This document shows, one piece after another, positions 27,156-36,548 of a stretch of 64,000 nucleotides of DNA. The position numbers were made by a program, and so were the translations under genes. Under the pieces are notes generated by a model, which was not told the DNA's origin, did not search any database, and was given only the letters and a program-made list of their open reading frames with translations. The DNA lies in the NCBI GenBank assembly GCA_964500415.1, contig CAZCOB010000001.1, positions 136,267 through 200,266 of the forward strand. Direction: 5' to 3'. Source of the stretch: an uncultured Dehalococcoidaceae bacterium. GTDB taxonomy: Bacteria > Chloroflexota > Dehalococcoidia > Dehalococcoidales > RBG-16-60-22. Numbering within the stretch: the first letter of the stretch is position 1; every line of letters begins with the position of its first letter.

Positions 27156-28376
27156 ATGAATTTAGAGCATTTATTAACCGACGAGGACCGCCAGATTCGG
27201 GAAGCGGTAAGGGACTTCACCAGGAAAGAGATAATCCCTAATGCCAAGAAACTGGAAACGGACTATAAATATGTGGAAGAAGTCCATCAAAAACTTGTTG
27301 ACATGGGGATCCAGGCAGCGGGGTATCCTGCCGAATACGGTGGTGGTGATGGGTCCAGCATCGCACTCGGTATCATTTGCGAGGAACTGGCTAAAGGCGA
27401 CGGTGGGATAAGCCTTTCGACAGGTATCAACTGGGGCCTGATTCTGAAGCCGGCGGTAGTAGCCGGGAACAAGACCGTCATGGACAGGTTCATCCCGACC
27501 TTCTGTAGCGGGAAGCTGGCGTATGCCTGCCTTTCCATGACCGATGAAGCCGGGGGTGCTGATTCCGAGAATCCATTACTGCAGGGTGCCGGTATAAAAA
27601 CGACGGCCAGGCTGGAGGGTGATGAATACGTAATAAACGGGGCCAAGTCGTGGCCGACTCATGGCGGTATCGCGGAATGTTATTTAACGATATGTACCAC
27701 CGACACCACTGCGGGGGACGACGGAGTCGCTCTGATATATATTCCCAGGGATACCCCGGGGCTTTCGTTCGGAAAACCTGAAAAGAAGATGCTGTTCAGA
27801 ACATCGATAAATGGGTCGGTGTATTATGATAACGTTCGGGTGCCCAAGGAATACCGGCTCGCCGATCCCGGCACGGATGCTCACTTTTACCATTTCATCT
27901 CCGCAGGAACCGGTTGGCATTCGGCAACCATGGCTCTGGGAATTGCCGAACGTGCTTTTGAAATAGTGCTTGAGTATACCGGCACCCGCATGGGTGGATT
28001 TAAACCGGTCAGACAGCACAGCATGGTAGCCGGGATAATTGCCGATATGGCTATCGGTATCGACATGATGAAGGCAAGTATCTATAACCTGAGTTGTATG
28101 CTTGACCACCTTGACGTATACGGCCCGCCATGGACGCCAGAGTTTATCGCCAAAGCAACTACAACAAGAGTCTTCGCCGGAGACACGGCGGTGAAGATAA
28201 TTAACAAAGGCGCCGAGTTATTAGGTTCCATGGCTATCTCTGAGGACTTCCCTTATGAAAAATGCCTCAGGGATGTTAAGATAACGCAACTCTGGCTGGG
28301 CGGTCAGCAAATCTCCCGATACCGCATTGCCCGGGGGTATTACGACCTGAAGAACTGGGCTCAGGAGAAGCCTTAG
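27156..28376 (+). CDS. Acyl-CoA dehydrogenase family protein
   Basis: 406 aa. ACAD N-, middle- and C-domain pattern (INGAKSWPT); C-terminal LWLGGQQI sits where YEGTxEI is expected. Confidence 0.8.
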   Translation: MNLEHLLTDEDRQIREAVRDFTRKEIIPNAKKLETDYKYVEEVHQKLVDMGIQAAGYPAEYGGGDGSSIALGIICEELAKGDGGISLSTGINWGLILKPAVVAGNKTVMDRFIPTFCSGKLAYACLSMTDEAGGADSENPLLQGAGIKTTARLEGDEYVINGAKSWPTHGGIAECYLTICTTDTTAGDDGVALIYIPRDTPGLSFGKPEKKMLFRTSINGSVYYDNVRVPKEYRLADPGTDAHFYHFISAGTGWHSATMALGIAERAFEIVLEYTGTRMGGFKPVRQHSMVAGIIADMAIGIDMMKASIYNLSCMLDHLDVYGPPWTPEFIAKATTTRVFAGDTAVKIINKGAELLGSMAISEDFPYEKCLRDVKITQLWLGGQQISRYRIARGYYDLKNWAQEKP

Positions 28377-28395
28377 TTTTCCCGGTCGCTTCAAC

Positions 28396-28713
28396 CTAGA
28401 TAAGCACGCCCTTTGACAGACTGGCAGTATGTACGTAGATCTCTATTCTGGGTTCGCCTTCGCAGATATCAAGAACGGTAGTTTTAAAGAGGTCTGATTT
28501 TCGATATGCTTCCCAATTCTCCTGCGTGTCGAATATCAACGTAGCACCCTGCCCATATGTTTTAGGGTTCATAATGAAGAGTTTCTCCTTCATTCCGGGA
28601 ATTTTCTTACAGACCTCAATCACCTGGGCAAGATGCTTCTTGACAGTTTCCGTATCAGCCAGCAGCTTCTTCACTTCGTCCTTCACTTCAAACGTACATA
28701 TTACGGCTAACAT
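28396..28713 (-). CDS. Small ABM/Dabb-like hypothetical protein
   Basis: 105 aa ORF, codon usage consistent with neighbours, 20 nt from the next gene. Confidence 0.45.
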   Translation of the reverse strand: MLAVICTFEVKDEVKKLLADTETVKKHLAQVIEVCKKIPGMKEKLFIMNPKTYGQGATLIFDTQENWEAYRKSDLFKTTVLDICEGEPRIEIYVHTASLSKGVLI

Positions 28714-28733
28714 TTTTGCCTCTCTTTTCGTTC

Positions 28734-29492
28734 CTAGGGATTTTCCATCGCCCGTGCCAGTTCGTCTATGTTAGCTTTCTCACGTATCAGGAACTTCTCC
28801 CTGCCCTCGGTGTATGACGGGAGAACCCATTTCATTTCCTTCAGGTTTTGGGTGATAATCGGAATCCAGTTATAAGGGATGGAAATCAGTACCCACCCTT
28901 CATCGAACACCTCTTTCGATTTCATACCGAAGGCCAGCCCGGTAACCGTAAAGTTCACCTTACCGCTCCGGTATGGATAATTGTAAACCCAGGCGCATCC
29001 CAGCACGCCCGTTGTCTTGGATTCCCTCAACACCCCGGTGGAATAGCACATCGCCCTCAGTATAATTTCCGCCTGGCTGGTGTCGGCTAAAATAATCAAG
29101 AGGTCCGGCTCGAATGCCAGTTTGTCTAATGTGGCGAAAGCGACATAGTTCACAGTACCCTTCGGCAGCAGGTTAAGGTATTGATAGAGGTTGCCGTTAG
29201 CCCGCGAATCCTGGAAAATCTCAAGTTTAATCCCCACCTCTCCCGCCTGGGCGAAGGCGGGTAAGTCCTCCATTCCCAGCAGTGCTTTCCCGAAGCAATT
29301 CTCATTCTCTCTCGCGAAGTAAAAGGGGGTTCCCCTCTCCTGGGCTTCTTTAAGCATTTCGCAGAAAGACAGGGTCTTATCAAGCTGCTCAATTCCTTCG
29401 GGTCTGGTGGGTAGGAACTTTACGCCTACGGGCTGCTTTTCAAAATTAAATTTACGGTACACGGACAGGTCTTGTTTTAATGGCATCATCAT
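28734..29492 (-). CDS. DUF169 family protein
   Basis: 252 aa. FCEMLKEAQERG..FY...EN.NCFG and the overall length fit DUF169 (COG2043) as I recall it. Confidence 0.65.
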   Translation of the reverse strand: MMMPLKQDLSVYRKFNFEKQPVGVKFLPTRPEGIEQLDKTLSFCEMLKEAQERGTPFYFARENENCFGKALLGMEDLPAFAQAGEVGIKLEIFQDSRANGNLYQYLNLLPKGTVNYVAFATLDKLAFEPDLLIILADTSQAEIILRAMCYSTGVLRESKTTGVLGCAWVYNYPYRSGKVNFTVTGLAFGMKSKEVFDEGWVLISIPYNWIPIITQNLKEMKWVLPSYTEGREKFLIREKANIDELARAMENP

Positions 29493-29510
29493 ATTACTCT
29501 CCTTACGATT

Positions 29511-31463
29511 TTATAATTTCTTACTCTTCGGGAGGAGGTGCTTGAGGTGAGGAAACTTGTCTGTGGCGTTGGGAAACGTAAGTGCCTGGGTGAAGGTATT
29601 ATTGAAGTCCGGCTCGACGGTCAGTTCCACATACTCTACCCGCCGCGCCATGAGGTCTGCCTCCTTCCTTTTATCTGTATTGAGGAGTGCCATGCGGGCG
29701 CCGTCGCCGGCGGCATTGCCGACCGCATAGACATTTTCCGGGGCGCAGTCGGGGAAAAGTCCGATAACCGCCGCCGACTCTTTGTCGATATAGCTCCCGA
29801 AAGCCCCGGCCAGAATGACTTTATCGATTTTATTAATACCGAGTCGATTCATCATAATCCTAGCGCCGGAATACATGGCGCCCTTGGCAAGCTGTATTGC
29901 CCTGATGTCTTTCTGACAGATGACGATGTCATTGCCGATGGAAGCTTCTTTAGCCCAGGCGATAACGAACTCGGGTTCGTTCCCGTTCTTGCGCAAGCGC
30001 GGTGATTTCATTCGGGTATTGAAACGCCCGCCCCTATCGATAATACCCGCCAGGAACATCTGGGCGGCTGCGTCGAATATTCCTGAGCCGCAGATACCCC
30101 TTGCGCTGATATGTTTGACCTCCGTATTCCATTTCTCGTTGCCGATTACTTTGAACTGTACATCTTTCGTCTCCGGGTCTATTTTCATTTTTTCGATGGC
30201 CCCGGGTGCGGCGCGCATACCGTGCTTTATCTCCGCGCCCTCGAAGGCGGGCCCGGTGGCGCATGATGAAGAAAGCAGCTTCTTCCGATTTCCCAGAATC
30301 AGTTCGCCGTTGGTGCCGATGTCTATAATCAGCAGCATTTCGTCCCGGTTATAGGGCTCTTCGGCGATGAGAACGCCGACATTATCGGCGCCGACAAATC
30401 CCGCTTCTATGGGCAGGACGTGGACGTAAGCGCCGGATGATATTTTTATTCCGAGGTCGCGGGCCTTGATATCCAGGGAGTGATGCAAACCCGGTACGAA
30501 AGGCGCCTTGCCGAGCTGCCGGGGGTCGATATTCAGAAATATGTGGTGCATGCAGGTATTCCCGACAATAGCCGTATCGGTTATATCCGAGCGCTTTATA
30601 CCTACCCTGGCCGCAGCTCGTCCGGCAATCTGGTTGATACATTTTATAATCGCCCGATTCATTCTTTTCAAGCCGTCTTTTTCCTTCACGGTGTAGCTGA
30701 TACGGGACATGACATCCTCGCCGTAAGCGACCTGCGGGTTCATCATGGCATCCGTGGCGAGTACCTCCCCGGTGGTCAAATCACAGAGATAACCTGCCAC
30801 GGTAGTGGTGCCGATATCCACGGCCAGGCCGTAGCCCTTAGAAGTCTGTCCCGGCTCTATATCGACGATTTCTTTTTTATTCCATATCGAGACGGTGACC
30901 TTCCATCTCCCCTCTCGTATCTTATTCTGCAAGTCCAGCATTATCGTATAATCGATGGCAAGGTCGCGCAGTTTGTACTTATTCTTAAGCGCTTCCTGGA
31001 GCCTCTCAAGGTCGCCGGTCGTATCGTGCAGGGTAGCCTTTTGCAACTCTATATAGTATTTCTTAACCGCCGGTTTGAGTTTGATGTCCCGAACAGTGGC
31101 CTCTTTGCGCACCACCTGCCGGCCCTTTCGGCTTTCCTCGGGGACGAAGACAACGATATCGCCGTGAACGTGCGTCTGGCATGCCATCCGGTAGTTATCA
31201 CGTAGCTGCTTCTTGCTCAAGAATTTCTTGTTGGCTTCGCCGGTGTTGGAAACAGATGATATTGTGGAATTTATGCCGTATTTGGCAAAGTATCCTTCCT
31301 CGATTCTCACCTTGCACTTGCCGCAGGCACCTTTGCCTCCGCAAACGCTCTCGATATCGGCGCCCAAAAGCCGGGATGCCTCCAGTATGGTGATGCCTTT
31401 GTTGACTTTGCCCCGCAACCCGGAGGGCTGGAATACGACTGTATAATTTTGGTTATTCATCAT
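29511..31463 (-). CDS. 2Fe-2S ferredoxin / ASKHA-ATPase fusion (RACE/AcsV-like, DUF4445)
   Basis: 650 aa. N-terminal plant-type ferredoxin (CGGKGACGKCKV...ACQT), then ASKHA phosphate motifs (LAVDIGTTT, IDIGTNGE). Confidence 0.8.
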   Translation of the reverse strand: MMNNQNYTVVFQPSGLRGKVNKGITILEASRLLGADIESVCGGKGACGKCKVRIEEGYFAKYGINSTISSVSNTGEANKKFLSKKQLRDNYRMACQTHVHGDIVVFVPEESRKGRQVVRKEATVRDIKLKPAVKKYYIELQKATLHDTTGDLERLQEALKNKYKLRDLAIDYTIMLDLQNKIREGRWKVTVSIWNKKEIVDIEPGQTSKGYGLAVDIGTTTVAGYLCDLTTGEVLATDAMMNPQVAYGEDVMSRISYTVKEKDGLKRMNRAIIKCINQIAGRAAARVGIKRSDITDTAIVGNTCMHHIFLNIDPRQLGKAPFVPGLHHSLDIKARDLGIKISSGAYVHVLPIEAGFVGADNVGVLIAEEPYNRDEMLLIIDIGTNGELILGNRKKLLSSSCATGPAFEGAEIKHGMRAAPGAIEKMKIDPETKDVQFKVIGNEKWNTEVKHISARGICGSGIFDAAAQMFLAGIIDRGGRFNTRMKSPRLRKNGNEPEFVIAWAKEASIGNDIVICQKDIRAIQLAKGAMYSGARIMMNRLGINKIDKVILAGAFGSYIDKESAAVIGLFPDCAPENVYAVGNAAGDGARMALLNTDKRKEADLMARRVEYVELTVEPDFNNTFTQALTFPNATDKFPHLKHLLPKSKKL

Positions 31464-31566
31464 TCACAATATAACATGTAGTGACATATTAATACAAAGC
31501 TGAAGAATACTTTGTAAAGATTAATGAAAAAGAAAAGTAAAAATGAAACGAGTCACAGGTGGAAAT

Positions 31567-32691
31567 TTAATATTGTGCTGCCAGCTTTTCCAGGTGATAA
31601 CCGACACCGCCGAAACTGAACTCGCTGGCTCTGGCTTTCTTGGTGTAAAAGTGGAGGATATGGTCTTCCGTGAAGCCGATGGCGCCGTGCACCTGGTGGG
31701 CCGAGTGCATAACGCGACGACAGGCCTGACTCACCCAGGCTTTGGCTATGGCGGCTTCCCTAGCCGCCGGTAATCCCTCGTTGATACGCCAGGCAGCCTG
31801 GTAGGTGGCGAATGTCGAGCCGTCGACATCGATGAGCATATCGGCGCAGCGGTGCTGTATGCTCTGGAAAGCCCCGATAGGATGACCGAAGGCAATTCTC
31901 TCTTTGGCATAGTCCAGCGTCATGTTCATGGCCTGCCGGGCCAGCCCGACCATCTCCGCGCACCTGGCGACACTGGCCTTTTGTAGTATCTTTTCAACGC
32001 ACGGCCAGCCCCTATCTACTCCTCCCAGAACACTGTCGGCGGAGACTTTGACATCATCGAAAATAACCTCAGCCTGTTTATCGCCGGAAATAGTGTTAAG
32101 AGGTTTACAATTTAAGCCGGGGGTATTTTTATCGACTATAAAAAGCGATATGCCTTTTTCAGAGCCGCCCTCTTCGGCGGTCCTGGCGACGCAAATCAGG
32201 TAATCGGCGGCGCCGGCATCCGTCACGAAGAGTTTGGTTCCGTTGATTATAAAGTCGCTCCCCTGCCGTGTCGCTTTTACCTGTACAGCCTCAGGAGTAT
32301 ATTTCCCCGATGCTTCCACTAAGGCCAGCGTCATGATGGACTTGCCTTCGGCGATGCCGGGTAAATATTTCTGTTTCTGCTCGCCGCTGCCGGCTTCGAT
32401 AATCGTCGAGGCCCCCAGCACGATATTGGAGAAAAACGGACTCAAAAAACAGGCGCTTCCCATCTCCTCCAGCACCACGATTAAGTCCAAGAAGTCGCCC
32501 ACGCCGCCGTACTCCTCCGGGATGGAAAGCCCGTGCAGGTTCATCTCCGCCATTTTCCGCCACAGTTCCGGCGTATAGCCCTTCTCATCGGCGGCCATCG
32601 CCCGCAGGACTTTATCGGAGTATTCATTGGCCAGGAAGTCCCTGGCCAGTGTCTGCATCATTTCCTGCTGCTCGTCGAGAGCAAAGTCCAC
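31567..32691 (-). CDS. Acyl-CoA dehydrogenase family protein (no Glu at the canonical YEGT position)
   Basis: 374 aa. ACAD pattern; C-terminus EFSFGGVGYHLEKLA. Confidence 0.8.
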   Translation of the reverse strand: MDFALDEQQEMMQTLARDFLANEYSDKVLRAMAADEKGYTPELWRKMAEMNLHGLSIPEEYGGVGDFLDLIVVLEEMGSACFLSPFFSNIVLGASTIIEAGSGEQKQKYLPGIAEGKSIMTLALVEASGKYTPEAVQVKATRQGSDFIINGTKLFVTDAGAADYLICVARTAEEGGSEKGISLFIVDKNTPGLNCKPLNTISGDKQAEVIFDDVKVSADSVLGGVDRGWPCVEKILQKASVARCAEMVGLARQAMNMTLDYAKERIAFGHPIGAFQSIQHRCADMLIDVDGSTFATYQAAWRINEGLPAAREAAIAKAWVSQACRRVMHSAHQVHGAIGFTEDHILHFYTKKARASEFSFGGVGYHLEKLAAQY

Positions 32692-32720
32692 TATTGTCCT
32701 CCGTGTAAATCTTTCCAGTA

Positions 32721-33899
32721 TCAGCGTAAACGTGGCAGGCCCAGTCCACGCTGGGCGATAACGTCCTTGTCTATCTCGGACGTGCCCTGTTCCATGCTGT
32801 GACCGAAGGAGCGCAGGTAGCAGGAGGGTATCCTGCCATACATGGGCGCCAGCTCCTCGTCCTCGCCAAGCTGGCTGTACTGTCCCGTCAGCTCCATGCC
32901 GAACTCGGTTACCCGCTGGAGAAGCTCGAAGCTGACCAACTTGCTCATAGCCGATTCAGCGTTGGGCACCATGCCCCGACTCTGCATCCAGGTGACGCGG
33001 TAATGATGCAGGCGGGCTATTTCGCATTCCGCCCGCAACTCGGCCAGACGATTTTCCATAACGGGGTCGAGTAAATCTTTTTTCCGCGCGTACTCCGCCA
33101 GGTCTGCTACCAGGGTTTCCGCTATAGCGTAAACCGGGTCGGTCGTGCGTTCGTAGTCCAGCAAAGACATGACCACGTAAAAGCCCTTATTCAGGCCGCC
33201 CACGATGTTTTCCCTGGGTATGCGCACGTCATCGAAGAAGACTTCATTGAAATCGTGGTGACCGGCCATATTGATGACGGGATTGACCGTTATCCCCGGC
33301 GTCTTCATGTCCAGCAGGAAAAACGTAATCCCGCGGTAGTTCGGGGTGGCCTCGCGGTCGGTCCTGGTTACCAGGGCATTCCAGTCGGCGAAATGACCGT
33401 TGGTCGTCCATATCTTCTGTCCATTGACGACGAAGCAGTCGTCTTCTTCTCTGGCGAATACCTCGATGGAAGCCAGGTCGGAGCCGTGTCCCGGCTCGCT
33501 GAGGGTCTCGCACCAGATGACTTTTCCGGAAGCTATGCCTGGCAGGTGTTTCTTTTTCTGCTCTTCGGTGCCTTTCAGCATAAGCGCCGGAGCCACGATG
33601 CCCGCGCCGATGGAGTCGTATCCCGGCGAGTGGTAGCGCGATAGCTCTTCCCTGAGAATAAGCCTGTGAAAAGGCGATTTTCCCTGGCCGCCGTATTCCT
33701 CAGGCCAGTGGATGGATATCCACCCCTTTTCTCCCAGCTTTTTCGCCATCTCCCGGTGGACTTTTATCCAGTCGGACTGGGCGGACATATCGAAGAAGGT
33801 CAGCCGCTTTTCCCGGTATTCCCGCGGTACTTCCTTTTCCAGGAAAGCGGCAACTTCCCTGCGGAAGGCCTCTTCTTCGGGAGTTAATCTAAAATCCAC
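32721..33899 (-). CDS. Acyl-CoA dehydrogenase family protein
   Basis: 392 aa. ACAD pattern (VNGQKIWTTN); C-terminal SMEQGTSEIDKDVIA retains the catalytic-base-like Glu. Confidence 0.85.
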   Translation of the reverse strand: MDFRLTPEEEAFRREVAAFLEKEVPREYREKRLTFFDMSAQSDWIKVHREMAKKLGEKGWISIHWPEEYGGQGKSPFHRLILREELSRYHSPGYDSIGAGIVAPALMLKGTEEQKKKHLPGIASGKVIWCETLSEPGHGSDLASIEVFAREEDDCFVVNGQKIWTTNGHFADWNALVTRTDREATPNYRGITFFLLDMKTPGITVNPVINMAGHHDFNEVFFDDVRIPRENIVGGLNKGFYVVMSLLDYERTTDPVYAIAETLVADLAEYARKKDLLDPVMENRLAELRAECEIARLHHYRVTWMQSRGMVPNAESAMSKLVSFELLQRVTEFGMELTGQYSQLGEDEELAPMYGRIPSCYLRSFGHSMEQGTSEIDKDVIAQRGLGLPRLR

Positions 33900-33911
33900 G
33901 ATATATATCTC

Positions 33912-35900
33912 TTACTTGCCGGTAAACTTGGGCGTGCGGCGGTAGTTCATGGATGTCAGTCCTTCGTTCAGGTCTTTTGTCATGGCGATATCGCCGGAGA
34001 CTGCCGCTTCGAGGTATAATGCCGTCCGCTGGTCGGCCTGGGCGCCGTAGTAAAGCAGTCCCTTGGCCAGCTTCTGGGCCAGGGGGGCGCCGTTGGCCAG
34101 TTTTACGGCCGTTTCATCCACCAGGTCATCGAACTTGTCCGGCTCGGCGACGAAGTTCACGATTCCCCAGTCGAGGGCTTTCTCGGCCATGACGGGGTCG
34201 GCCAGCAATATTATCTCTTTAGCACGCGCCCAGCCTATTAACCGCCCCAGACGCTGCGTGGCGCCTGCACCCGGCAAGAGTCCCAGGGTAATTTCAGGCA
34301 GACGCAGCTGTGCCCTGGTGTTCATAATCCTGATATCGCAGGCCAGGGCGAGCTCCAGTCCGCCGCCCATCGCCGCGCCGTTGATAGCGGCGATTACCGG
34401 CTTGGGGTAGGTCTCGATTCGGGTGAATACTTCGTGGGGGGCTTCGCTGAATTTGAAGGCGTCGTCCACCTGGCCGGTCGCGAACGCCGACACATCGGCG
34501 CCGCCGCAGAAATTGGCGCCAGCCCCGGTGATAATTATGCACCGCACGTTTTCGTCATTCTCAAGCTCGATGAGCGCTTTGTTTATCTCCGTCATGAAAT
34601 CGGCATTGAAAGCGTTGGCCCGGTTGGGCCGATTCAGTATTAACCTGGCGATTTTCTTTTCCCGGTTGATATCAAGCTTGACGAATTCATATTCCCCCGG
34701 CCCGTAGGTATAAAATCCCTCGCCGGTCTTCCGTCCCAGTTTCCCCTGTTTCACGAGTTTGGTTATGACGGAGGAGGCCTTGTACCTGTCTTCCTCATTG
34801 TACTTTTTATAAAGCCGATTCAACTCGTCAAGTATCTTATCCAGTCCGGTGCTATCGGCCATGCGGAGGATGCCGCGCGGGTAGTTCAGTCCCAGGAGCA
34901 CGGCGGTGTCTATCTCGTCGCGGGTGGTGGCATCCATTTCGATGAGCTTGGCGGCTTCGTTGACAGCCGTCGCCAGCACCCTGATGGGGTCGAAGTCCAC
35001 GCCGGCGTTCATGGGGATTTCGTTGGTCTTGCCTTCCGGCCAGTCGTAGTAGCCTTTACCGGTTTTTCTTCCGTAGTTACCGGCCTTGAACAATTTTTCC
35101 AGTATGGGAGCGGGACCGTAGCTCTTGCCCATTGTCTCGCCGAAGTATTCCATGACGTGAAACTGCGTATCGATAGAGCCACCACCGAGCGCGTCCTGTA
35201 GCTCCAGCATACCCATCGGCATCCCCAGCTTGTACTTAATCGCCGAATCTACTTCAAAGGCATTCTTGGCTTCACCCTGAGACAGCGCCCAGTCGGCCTC
35301 GTTAGACATGTTACAGAAGATTCGGTTGGCAACGAACCCCGGGACGTCCTTGACGTGAACGACTGCCCGTCCCATCTTGATAGCGACTTTCTCGGCTATA
35401 GCAATGGCTTCTTCGCTGGTGTTCTCGCCGTGGACGATTTCCAGCAGGGTCATGCGACTGGGCGGATTGAAATAGTGCGTGCCCACGACCATCTCCGGTC
35501 GTTTGCCGGCCGTGGACATCTCGGCGATGCTCAGCGACGACGTGTTGGTGGCGAAAACGCAGTCGGCCGGGCACAGTGCCGTAACCTCTTTCAGGACGCT
35601 CTTTTTCAGGTCCATTATCTCGGGCACCGCTTCGATGATGATATTGGCGTCCTTGACCGCCTCTTTAAGGTCCACGAGAAAGGTCATCCGGCTCATGGCG
35701 TCCTTCTTGGCTTCTTCCGTATAACGGCCCCGGCTGATTCTCCTGTCGTAGTTGCTTTCTATGAGCTGGCGTCCCTTTTCCAGGAATTTTTCCTCGATGT
35801 CCCGGATTTTTACGTCGTAACCGGCCTCGGCGGCCAGGGCGCCAATCTGAGCCCCCATAAGACCCGCTCCGAGCACGGTAACATTCTTAATCTCTTTCAT
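33912..35900 (-). CDS. Fused 3-hydroxyacyl-CoA dehydrogenase (N-terminal) / enoyl-CoA hydratase (C-terminal)
   Basis: 662 aa. VLGAGLMGAQIG Rossmann motif at the N-terminus; crotonase motifs (ITGAG.NFCGGADV, AAINGAAMGGGLELALACD) at the C-terminus. Confidence 0.85.
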   Translation of the reverse strand: MKEIKNVTVLGAGLMGAQIGALAAEAGYDVKIRDIEEKFLEKGRQLIESNYDRRISRGRYTEEAKKDAMSRMTFLVDLKEAVKDANIIIEAVPEIMDLKKSVLKEVTALCPADCVFATNTSSLSIAEMSTAGKRPEMVVGTHYFNPPSRMTLLEIVHGENTSEEAIAIAEKVAIKMGRAVVHVKDVPGFVANRIFCNMSNEADWALSQGEAKNAFEVDSAIKYKLGMPMGMLELQDALGGGSIDTQFHVMEYFGETMGKSYGPAPILEKLFKAGNYGRKTGKGYYDWPEGKTNEIPMNAGVDFDPIRVLATAVNEAAKLIEMDATTRDEIDTAVLLGLNYPRGILRMADSTGLDKILDELNRLYKKYNEEDRYKASSVITKLVKQGKLGRKTGEGFYTYGPGEYEFVKLDINREKKIARLILNRPNRANAFNADFMTEINKALIELENDENVRCIIITGAGANFCGGADVSAFATGQVDDAFKFSEAPHEVFTRIETYPKPVIAAINGAAMGGGLELALACDIRIMNTRAQLRLPEITLGLLPGAGATQRLGRLIGWARAKEIILLADPVMAEKALDWGIVNFVAEPDKFDDLVDETAVKLANGAPLAQKLAKGLLYYGAQADQRTALYLEAAVSGDIAMTKDLNEGLTSMNYRRTPKFTGK

Positions 35901-35956
35901 GACTTACAGCCCCTTTCCAGGTTATTCGCTCATGTTGAGCCTGTCGAACCATGAGG

Positions 35957-35985
35957 GCTCACCCTTCGACAAGCTCAGGGTGAGC
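35957..35985. repeat. Intergenic hairpin repeat (CCTTCGACAAGCTCAGGG family)
   Basis: GCTCACCC (35957-64) / GGGTGAGC (35978-85) around the loop TTCGACAAGCTCA; a diverged copy lies at 58701-58721. Confidence 0.55.
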
Positions 35986-36002
35986 GACATCAGATTTTTC
36001 CC

Positions 36003-36515
36003 TTATTTCACCGGCTCGAAGGCGTAGTAAACCCGGTCGCGTATCTTGGTCTCTCTCTTGACCTCAATCGGGTGGGAAGGTACATCAAAGACCACGAACT
36101 TGACCTCGTCTCCATCTTTGAGCTCGCCCTCTTTGCAGTTGATGATGCGTGCCAGCAGGTGCTTTAAAGGGGCCCCCTCGCCGAAGTTCAGCCAGGCCAT
36201 GATTATCGGGGGCGGGAAGCCGATGGGTGCGCCGGCCTGCGTCTCCGTGAACGTGACCACTTTGGCCCGCTGCGGCAGCTCTACCCACTCCAGCTCGTCG
36301 GACCAGCACTTGGGGCATATCACGCCGGGAGGAAAAGCTATGTTACCGCATTTTTTACACTTGGTCGTGGTAAATTTGCCGGCTTTCAGATTTTCGTAAA
36401 ACGGATGAATTCGATTGAACTCCTCGCATTCTAACGGCCACATATCCATTTCCGCTATATAGGTGCCGTCCAGGGCGGGCGTTCCGACTACATTTACTTT
36501 ATCTAAATCAGCCAT
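36003..36515 (-). CDS. DUF35 Zn-ribbon/OB-fold protein (thiolase partner)
   Basis: 170 aa. C-x2-C...C-x2-C (CKKCGNIAFPPGVICPKC); lies directly downstream of the SCP-x-type thiolase. Confidence 0.8.
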   Translation of the reverse strand: MADLDKVNVVGTPALDGTYIAEMDMWPLECEEFNRIHPFYENLKAGKFTTTKCKKCGNIAFPPGVICPKCWSDELEWVELPQRAKVVTFTETQAGAPIGFPPPIIMAWLNFGEGAPLKHLLARIINCKEGELKDGDEVKFVVFDVPSHPIEVKRETKIRDRVYYAFEPVK

Positions 36516-36548
36516 TTCTTCTCTCCTTATGTAAAACTGTCATGTACT

